Shown here: piece by piece, positions 12,087 through 21,949 of the stretch
Position numbering within the stretch: the first letter of the stretch is position 1
How the letters are laid out: each line of letters begins with the position of its first letter
Origin: Carcharhinus amblyrhynchos
Lineage: Eukaryota
NCBI GenBank assembly: GCA_965287045.1
Contig: OZ336890.1
Location: forward strand, 7,688,001-7,752,000
Length of the DNA: 64,000 nucleotides
Direction of reading: 5' to 3'
Notes under the pieces: model-generated
Told to the model about the DNA's origin: nothing
Databases searched by the model: none
The model's input: only the letters and a program-made list of their open reading frames with translations
Made by a program: the position numbers and the translations under genes

Positions 12087-12972
12087 GGAGGCAGTAGCTT
12101 GACTAGTAATCCAGAATCCCAGGTCTTTGGACCTAGGTTTGAATCCCACCATGGCAGATGGTGGAATTTAAAAACTCAATAAAACATCTTGGAATTAAAA
12201 GTCTAACTATGAAACCAGTGTCAATTGTTTTAAAATCTGTTGGCCTTACCAGGCCTCGCCTACATGTAATTGACAGCAATGTGGTGTCATTCTGATTGCC
12301 AGAAATGTGGTTGACTCTTAAATGCCTTTTGAAATGGCCTAGCAAGTCAATCAGTTGTTTTAACCACTACAAATGAAACAAAGGAATGAAACTGGATGGA
12401 TCACCCGGCAAAATTGTCCTTACTAACATCTGGGGGCTTGTGCCAAAATTAGGAGAGTTGCCTCAGAGTAGTCATGCTGACAGAATCCTACTTTACAGTT
12501 AATGTCCAAGACACCACCATAACCATTCTTGGATATGTCCTGACGCACCAGCAGGACAGACCCGGAAGAGATGGCAGCACAGTGGAATGCAGTTGGCTGG
12601 GAGTTGGGTTGGGAGTCCTCAATATTGACGCAGACTGTCTGTCATCTACAAGACACGAGTCAAGAGCGTAATGGAATAGTCTCCACTTGCCTGGATGAGT
12701 ACAGTTCCAACAGTACTCAGGAAATTTGTGACCGTCCAGGATAGCAGCTCCCTTTTACATTAACATTCAATCCATCCACCAATGATGAGAACTGTGACAC
12801 CCTGTGCACCATCTATGGGATGCACTGCAGGAACTCACCAAGGTGCCTTTGGCAGCCCTTTGCTAATGGACAGCAGCAGTTCAAGAAGGTGCACCACCGT
12901 CTTCTGAAGGAAACTAAGGATGGTAGTAAAAGCTGGTCTAGCCAGTGACACCCGCATATTGTAAATGAATAA
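12087..12972 (+). mobile_element. Internally deleted tRNA-headed LINE (CR1/L2-group ORF2)
   Basis: tRNA-like head with B-box ggtttgaatccc (12136), then APE endonuclease N-terminus (LTNIWGLVPKLGEL, VMLTESY, ILGYVLTHQQDRPGRDG), a jump to RT C-terminus (IYKTRVKSVME*SPLAW) and a tail ending gtaaatgaat. Confidence 0.7.
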
Positions 12973-14095
12973 TCTTTTTAAAAGCCCATGAGGGACCATC
13001 AGCACCGTTCTGTTGGGGACAGACAATCGCTTACGTAGTCCATGTAAACCATGGGACAAGGTGAGAAGATAGGTGAAGGCCTTCATGAGCTACTGAGGTC
13101 ATTAGTAGGCAAGTATTGGTTCAAACCAGGCAGTATCACATTTATCCTTCCTGCTGTTAATTCTGTTTATGCGCACACACAAATGAACTTATACTTGTGT
13201 ATAATATTTTTTACCCTGCTGTTTCAATTTAAATATTTAAAGCACATGATTGTGAACATGCCTATCCTTCACACTCTAAGTTTAAGCTCAACCAAATTTC
13301 TTCCTGTTTTCTAATCTATTTCAAGCGCCATTCACCTTGTTCTCTGTTCTTGCTGATGTACATTGGCTCACAGTGCTGCAGTATCTTATTTAAAATTCCC
13401 ATGTCTAAATCCATTTATGGTCTTGCCACAATTATCTCTGTAACTTCATCCAGCTGTACCACATTCCCTTACGCAGAATTTTGCATTCCATTGATCCATT
13501 GCACCCCTTGCTGTTCCCTTTGCACCACCATTGGCCAGGTATGTTTTTCAGAATCTCTAGAATTTATTCCTTAAATCTCTTTCTCTTTCCATTTTTCTGT
13601 CTGCTGCTTCAAAATCCCCAAAAACAACATTTAAAACATCTTTAATCAAGCTTTTGTCCACCCTTTCCAATATGTTCTTTGGCTGGCATCCATCTTTGTC
13701 TGATGACACTTCTGTGAAGGTATGTATATTTCTATGGTTAAGGTGGGATATAAATGTAAATTGTCTTTTGTAACTTTTTTTGTTGTTGAACTTGAAAACT
13801 GTTGACGGAGAATGTTTTTCTTTTCCCCAAAATGTTACTCTCGCAACTGTTTCTCTACTTATCTCCCACTCACTAACCATTTATTTTTCAAGCTCTTGTC
13901 TCTTGACTGACCTTTTGCATTCCAGTCATTTTGATCTTGAGCACTGTTTCTCTTTGTCTTAGTAACTCTTGGCAGTTTTTCATGCCAGTTAGAACTGTGC
14001 CTATGAAAATCAATTAAGTGCTTCAGTTTAGACTGCGTTCAGTTCTTTAATATAATTCATTGGTTGGGAAACACAGATCCCTGGATGCTAGGGGA

Positions 14096-14245
14096 CCACA
14101 GTAAGAAGTCTCATACACCAGGTTAAAGTCCAACAGGTTTATTTGGTAGTAAACGCCACCAGCTTTTGGGGTTTGCCCCTTCGTCAGGTGAGTGGGAGTT
14201 CTGATCACAAACAGAACATATAAAGGCACACACAGTTTACAGAAT
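14096..14245 (-). mobile_element. Penelope-like pseudo-LTR fragment with a decayed hammerhead motif
   Basis: Reverse strand reads CAC CTGACGA A GGGG CAAA CCCC AAAA GCTG GTG ... aaataaacctgttggactttaacctggtg. Same family as 50131-50307 and 35690-35800. Confidence 0.7.
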
Positions 14246-15382
14246 ACTTGGATTAGTGGTGTTCTGTTGTATTAAAAATGTAATTTAAAAAAAATCCATG
14301 GTTCTCAAGTGATGGGGCATGGATTTTTTCATGATGGTTGCATTTATTCTCTTTATATTTAGAAGTTTTCTCTCACACTGTTGTACAGTGTTCTTAAAGT
14401 TGTCAAATAGTATGTGTGATTTTTTTAAAAAAAAAATAAAGCTAATCTATCCCTCAACCATTTTCCTAGAGTACTAACTCCCAAGCTGTCTTTGTCCCAT
14501 TGAGCTGAGTTGCAGAAAGTTGATTTTCACTGAGGACAATACCCGCCTTTCTCCATATTGGTCACTGCTTATTGAACACCAGTGCAGCTGAAATGAAAGA
14601 TATTGTATGATAATATTTACCTCCAAGTATATATTGTGTTTACTACGATAAAAATGCTATATAAATGCAAGTTTTTTAATGCTTCAATAAAATTCCGATG
14701 TATTCCTATTATTTTGCTGCTGTGTCAACAAGGCTGCAATTATACTCTTACACATTCACCCTTTTTTGTGCGGACAAGAATCTCACTAAGACTTGGGATG
14801 ATGTAACAGCTTCAAAAGCCTGACTTGCAGTTTAATGTTACAGCTTTATACATTATTAGTCAGTAATGAGCTATTAATGCAATTCCATTTTCAGCATGGC
14901 AAGTTAAGTTTATAAATTTGTACAAAAGCTGTGTTTAATCAAAGTTTTCTGGCATGTCTCTTTGATGATTTCTTAAAATACTCCTTATCTTGGAACAAAA
15001 GGCAAGTTTGACTTAAATTGGTATAAAATATTTATCCTATATTCCTCTTGAAGCATACTGCAGATTTATAACATTGTATATCTAAATTCTGGGATTACAG
15101 AATTCAACTGGGAATGTCATGGATTTATTGCTAAGCAGCAGAAGACATACCTAAACCTAGTGGAGGAATTTCTGTTGATGCTTAATGGCTGACGAGCAGC
15201 CAGGGACCACTTGTTCTCAGCTCAAAGCTTGCACTCTTTTTTTTCTGTGCTCATAATACTATGGCTGAAACCTGGAATTCCAGGTGGGAGGTTGATCGGG
15301 TTATCACCATTCCAGGGTTAGATTATATTTGTAATTATTTGTTTTACACTCTTCACTCCTGTAATTTCCATGTGTTGCCCAA

Positions 15383-15715
15383 AGAAATGATGTGCATTTA
15401 TGTTATAGTGCCTTTCACAACCTTGAGACATCCCAAAGTGCTTCATTGTTACTGAATTACTTTTTAGCTATAGTTATTGTGAAATTCATGAAAATGTAGC
15501 AGCCAATTTGTGCACAGAGTCCGGAAATATCAGTGTACTAAATGGCCAAACAATCTGTTTTTGTGGTGTTACTTCAGGGATAAGTGGTGATGCTGGGAAA
15601 GCTAAGAGGCAAGATGGTGTTTCTGATAATACAGCATTCTGTCGGTACTGCACTGAAGTGTCTGCTTAAATTATGTGCTGAAATTGGGATTGAATTTGAA
15701 CCCATGAGCATAACT
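15383..15715 (-). mobile_element. Deu-domain SINE (SacSINE1-like)
   Basis: Tail tgcattta..atagtgcctttcacaaccttgagacatcccaaagtgctt, core gcagccaatttgtgcacag, head tttgaacccatga. Confidence 0.7.
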
Positions 15716-16004
15716 TTGTGGCTGATAAGTCTGATAGCTTGTTACCTTGCCCAGATGAAAAGGATACACATACAACCTCTTTCCCATTCTTCTAAAAATG
15801 TTAGTGTGCAATGTTCCATGCAAGGTTATTTGAGAGTTCCCTTGATTTTCTTTTTGAATACTACTGGTGTCAAATTTGGGTCAGGGCTGCACTGAGATTG
15901 AGGAATTTTGACTGTCATGCCATTTAATCTCATTAGTACTTTGTGCATTGCTGGATCATCAGTAGTAATTTTGTATCTTGCTGTAACTAAAACTAAACTT
16001 TTGT

Positions 16005-16480
16005 CATTTTTAATTTATGGAATGTGGGCATCACTGGCAAGGCCAGCATTTATGATTCTGGAATATGTGGCAATGAAACCTCTTGAATGAAACCAAGTGA
16101 CTTGTTAGATCTATTCAGAGATCAGTTAAGGATCAGCTGCACTGCTGTGGGCCTGGAATCAGGTATAGGCCACAGCAGGTAAAGATCACAGATTTCCTTC
16201 CCTAAAAGCCATTGGTTAGCACTGCTGCCTCCTTGGGTTACGGGGATAGGGGCTGGGTGGGATTGTTGTCAGTGCAGGCTAAATGCACTGTAGGGATTCT
16301 ATGATTAATGAACCAGATGGGTGGTTTTTGTGATAATCTGATAGTTCTATGGCCCCCAGTACTGATATTAGCATTTTATTTAAGACTTAACTCCCTCAGC
16401 TGCCATGGTGGGATTTAAATTAATGTATTCTAGATCAGGCCTGGGGATTACTAGTCCAGTAACAACCATCCTGCTACCAT
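16005..16480 (-). mobile_element. Short (head+tail) derivative of the tRNA-headed LINE, containing a mini HE1 insertion at 16214-16303
   Basis: Tail ggaatgtgggcatcactggcaaggccagcattta, body cagatttccttccctaaa..gaaccagatggg, head tgccatggtgggattt...ggattactagtccag. Confidence 0.7.
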
Positions 16481-16504
16481 GTCCCTTAAGTGACATCCCT
16501 GAGT

Positions 16505-19500
16505 TGATGGCGTGCCATAGATCAGTTAGCCTATGTTCTGTCACAAGAAAATTGCTTGAATCCATTATTGAGCTTGTTTTAGAAAGGTGCTTAGAAAATC
16601 ATAATGGGATCAGGCATGGTTTATGAAAGGGAAATCATGTTTAACTTACTTGTTTTGAGGAAGTAACAAGCAAGGTGGATAGAGGCATCTGTAGATGTGG
16701 TGTACTTGGATTGCCTAAAGGCATTTGATAAGGTGCCACATCAAAAGTTACCTCTCAAAATAAGAGCGTATGGCGCATGGAATAGCGTACTACCATGGAT
16801 AAAGGGTTGGTTATCTAACAGGAAGTAGAAAGTGGAAATAAGTTGTCTTTTTTTTAGGTTAGCAAGCTGTAATTAGTGGGAGTGCCACAAGGATTAGTGC
16901 CTAGTTCCTCAACTGCTTACAATCCATATCAATGACCTGGTAGAAAGGACTGATGTATGCAAGCTAAATTTGCTGATGACACCAAGATGGGTAGGAAAGT
17001 AAGTTGTCAGGAGGAATAAAATGTCTACAAAGACATGTTGAGGTGAGTCAAAAATTAGGCAGATGGAGTATAATGTGGGAAAAATTGGTGGTGCGGCAGA
17101 ATCTGAATCTTAGTACATAGAACATAGAACACTACAGCGCAGAACAGGCCCTTCGGCCCACGATGTTGCGCCGACCAGTTAAAAAACAATGACCCTCTAA
17201 CCTAAACCAAACCCTTACCATCCATAAACCTATCCACGGATCTCTTAAACGCCCCCAAACTAGGCGCATTTACAACTGCAGCAGGCAGGGCATTCCAATC
17301 CCTCACCACCCTCTGGGTAAAGAACCTACCCCTGACATCCGTCCTATAACTACCACCCCTTAATTTAAAGCTATGCCCCCTCGTGCTAGCTTTCTCCATC
17401 CGAGGAAAAAGGCTATCACTGTCCACCCTATCTAAACCTCTAATCATCTTATATGTTTCAATAAGGTCCCCTCGTAGCCACCTTCTTTCTAACGAAAACA
17501 ACCTCAAATCCCTCAGTCTCTCCTCATAGGACCTCCCCTCCATACCAGGCACATCCTGGTAAACCTCCTCTGCACCCTCTCCAAAGCCTCCACATCCTTC
17601 CTATAATGTGGGGACCAGAACTGCACACAATACTCAAGTGCGGCCGCACCAGAGTTTTGTACAGTTGCAACATGACGCTGCGGCTCCTAAATTCAATCCC
17701 CCTACCAATAAACGCCAAGACACCGTATGCCTTCCTAACAACCCTATCTACTTGATTCCCAACTTCCACGGATCTATGTACACATACACCTAGATCCCTC
17801 TGTTCATCCACACTATTCAGAGTCCTACCATTAGCCCTATACTCTACACATCCGTTATTCCTGCCAAAGTGAATTACCTCACACTTTTCCGCATTAAACT
17901 CCATCCTCCACCTCTCGGCCCAGCTCTGCAACTTGTCCAAGTCTCCCTGTAGACTAAGACACCCTTCCTCACTATCTACCACACCTCCGACTTTGGTGTC
18001 ATCAACAAATTTACTTATCCACCCAACTATACCCTCATCCAGATCATTTATAAAAATTACAAACAGCAGTGGCCCCAAAACAGATCCCCGAGGCACACCA
18101 CTCGTAACTGAACTCCATGTCGAATACGTAACATCAACCACCACCCTCTGTCTCCTATCCGCTAGCCAATTCCTAATCCAATTTCCTAGATCACCCTCAA
18201 TCCCATACATCTACAATTTCTGCAGAAGCTTTCCATGGTGAACCTTATCAAACGCCTTACTAAAGTCCGTATATACCACGTCAACTGCCTTACCCCCATC
18301 CACCTCTTTGGTCACTTTCTCAAAAAACTCAATAAGGTTAGTAAGGCACGACCTACCCTCCACAAAACCATGCTGACTATCTCTAATCAATTCATTACTC
18401 TCCAAATAACTATAAATCCTATCCCTAATAATTTTTTCTAAAACCTTGCCCACAACAGAAGTAAGAGTCACCGGTCTATAATTCCCGGGGAAGTCTCTGT
18501 TCCCCTTCTTGAACAATGGGACAACAGTCGCTAACCTCCAATCTTCTGGCACTATACCGGTGACCAATGACGACCTGAAGATCAGAGCCAGAGGCTCTGC
18601 AATCGCCTCCCTTGCCTCCCAGAGAATCCTAGGGTAAATCCCATCCGGCCCAGGGGACTTATCTATTTTCAAACCCTCAAGAATAACTAGCACATCCTCC
18701 TTGTAAACTGGACAGTATTGCAGTTGATAACCCTGTAACCCAGTGTTCTCCACAGCTACACTTAAGTCCCCCTGCCTGAACACCGAAGAGAAATATTGGT
18801 TCAATGCCTCTCCAATCTCTTCCGGTTCCACACATAAATTCCCACTGCTGTCTCTAACTGGCCCTAATCTTGCCCTAACCAACCTTTTGTTCTTAACATA
18901 TCTATAGAACGCTTTAGGATTCTCCTTAATCCTATCAGCCAAAGTCTTCTCATGTCCTCTTTTAGCCCTTCTTAACTCTCTCTTTAACTCCCTCCTAGCC
19001 AATCTAAAGCTTTCTAGTGCACTACCTGAGCCCTCAAGTCTCATCCGGACATGAGCCTCCTTTTTCTTTTTAACCAGCGAATCAACTTTCCTAGTGCACC
19101 ACGGTTCCCTCGCTCGACCAATTCCTCCTTACCTGACAGGGACATACATATCAAGGACTTGCAGTAGCTGCTCCTTGAAAAAACTCCACATTTCGGACGT
19201 TCCAAGACCCTGTAGTCTCCTAGTCCAACCTATGTTTCCTAATTCTCTCCTCATAGCCTCATAATTACCCTTCCCCCAGCTAAAACTACTGACCCGAGGT
19301 TCATGCCTATCCCTTTCCATCACTAAGGTGAACGTAACTGAATTGTGGTCACTGTCACCAAAATGCACCCCAACTTCCAAGTCTAGCACCTAGTCTGGCT
19401 CATTTCCCAGCACCAAATCCAATATAGCCTCACCTCTAGTTGGCCTATCAACATACTGAGTCAAGAAACCTTCCTGCACGCTTTGTACAAAAACTGACCA

Positions 19501-20850
19501 CTCTAATGAGCTAGAGCTATAGCTATTCCAATCAATATTAGTAAAGTTAAAGTCCCCCATAACAATTACCCTATTACTTTCACTCCTATCCTGGATCGTC
19601 TCCGCAATCCTTTCCTCAGCCTCTCTAGAACTTTTAGGAGGTCTATAAAAGACTCCCAACAGGGTGACCTCTCCTTTCCTATTTCTAACCTCAGCCCATA
19701 CTACCTCAACAGACGAGTCCTCATCAAACTTCCTCTCTGACACCGTGATACAATCCTTGACTAATAATGCTACACCTTCTACCTCCTTCTCTACTCCAAC
19801 TGAAGCATTTGAACCCCGGAACCTGCAACAACCATTCCTGACCCTGCTCTATCCATGTCTCTGAAATGGCCACAACATCAAAGTCCCAGGTACTGATCCA
19901 CGCTGCAAGTTCATCCACTTTATTGCGAATACTCCTCGCATTAAAGTATACACGTTTCAAACCCTGCTCCGCTTCACCCCCACGATGCCGTGCATTGCAG
20001 TCCCCATCTATGCCCCCCTCACTTTCACCCCCGCTACTCAGGATCCCCCCCCCCCCGAATCAGTTTAAACCCCCCCTGCATAGCCTTAGCAAATTTTCCC
20101 CCCAAGATATTGGTTCCCCTCTGATTCAGGTGTAGACCATCACTCCTGTAGAGGTCCCACCTTCCCCAGAATGAGCCCCAATTGCTCAAGAACCTGAACC
20201 CCTCCCTCCTGCACCATCCCCTCAGCCACGAGTTCAAACTTTCCCTCTCTCTGTTAAGCACAAAAACTTAGTGCACAGCACAAATGAGTAATTAGAAGGC
20301 AAATGGAATGTTAATGTTTATCGAAAGGGGAATGGACTAGAAAAGTAGCGAAGTTTTACCAGAACTGTGCAGTACTGTGATGAAACCACAAAACTATATG
20401 TAATTACATTAGAAGCAGTTCAGAGAGGGTTCACCTGATTCACCCCTGGCATGAGGGGCTTATCTTCTGAAGGAAGGTTGAACAGTTTGCGTCTATAACC
20501 GCTGGAATTTAGAAAAATGAGAAGTGATCTTATTGAAATGTACAAGATCTCAAGGGGATCTGACAGGATGGATTTCTGAATGATATTTCCTCTTGTAGGA
20601 GAGACTAGAATTAGGTGCTCAGTTTAAAAATAAGGGTCCTCCCTTTTGAGGTGAGGAGCTTTTTATTTCTAAAGGGGCGTTTGTGGAATTCTCTTCTCCA
20701 AAAGGCGATGGAAGCTGAATTTATTCAAGGTTGAGTTAAACCTTGATGGAGAAGGGATGTGGGAGGCATACAGGAAAGTGGAGTTTGGACTACAATCAGA
20801 TCGGACATGATCTTATAGAACAGCAGAGCAGGCTTAAAGGACAAAATGGA
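16505..20850 (+). mobile_element. Older CR1 LINE (16505-17114 and 20255-20850), host of the HER1-like insertion
   Basis: Decayed RT motifs (HGL.KGKSCLT, VDVVYLD, KFADDTK) continue collinearly after 20255 to a CR1 tail. Confidence 0.75.
17115..20254 (-). mobile_element. CR1/HER1-type LINE, 5'-truncated within ORF1 (SGNH esterase end plus disrupted EN-RT ORF2)
   Basis: ORF1 end WLRGWCRREGFRFL..DGLHLN, endonuclease YFNARSIRNK/GDFN/SDHN, RT PGPDG/GNYRPV/FVDDTK, tail (ACATAGA)n. Several stops and frameshifts. Confidence 0.93.
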
Positions 20851-21949
20851 ACATTGATGTATTGTCACCCAAGAAATCATAGATTACTGATCATTTTTTT
20901 TGATACAAATTTCATCTGTTGTTAATTAGTTTACAACTCGAACAAAAGAAATGTGCTCATAATTTTGGTTTTGGGGCTAAGAGAAGATAGGCAAGTTGTT
21001 GAAATTGCCAGACTAGACAATTCAGGCATGTTGAGGTCCATTTGTGGTTTAACGTTTACAGTGTACTGTAAATATTTCATCATTTAAAACAACCACCAAA
21101 GTTCCCTCCGTGCCATGACCAATCTCGTATGCAATCTTTTCCTATACTGCTAGAAACTGCATGAGCTCTGGGTAACTTGCAAATATTTCTCTCACTGCCT
21201 TATGCTGTAGTGGGTCTGTATGCACATAATCTCACAATTGTTTAGTTTGAATTTTAGAGTACATTGAATTGAGGAATAAAGAGCTGTTGCTCACATCTGT
21301 GTCAATATTCCAGTGCTGTTATTCCTCTGGATCACCTTTCTTTCAACCTTTGTCTGTCAGGCACAAGTGCTAAAATGGGGGGGTAGGGTTTTGCATTGGA
21401 ATGCAGGGTGAATGTTTGTTTCTTGACATCCTGAATAACTGATCAACCAGTTGTGCCAAATGGAAGTCAGGAGTTTCCCTAAAGGAAGGGAGGGAAAATA
21501 GGAGAACATATTGAAATGGGCAGCTCTTGTGCACTTTTAAGCTGTTGGCTATGGAGCAACTAACATTGGCAAAGGCAGAGGAGCAGGTTTCCTGCTTGGC
21601 TGGACTGTCAGGTGGTGTAAGCCCATGGAAAGAAAAATAGTTCCTTGCTTATACAAAGGAAAGTATTAAGTTGGAGGCCCTATTACCACACTGCTGGTCA
21701 CATAGCATTGCATTTGTCTTTCTCTGAAGTGTATTTGAAATGTTTAACCGGGCAACAGTACTTTTCAATTGAACATGGTAATGTGAAATACTCTAGTACA
21801 GTTTGTAGAAATAGTTTTGTTTTGCTTGGAGTGAGATGGGGAATCACTATTTCATATTAGTTTTTATTCTGTTCTTAAAAAAATTACTGGGTAACAGTGC
21901 TTTTCAGTTGAATGCTATAATGTGAAATACTTTATGGTTTGCAGAAATA

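Noticed and set aside
17202-20261. Cluster of same-strand ORFs resembling an esterase-nuclease-RT operon
   Set aside because: These are broken pieces of ORF1 and ORF2 of one CR1/HER1 LINE with a LINE tail, not a multi-gene system.
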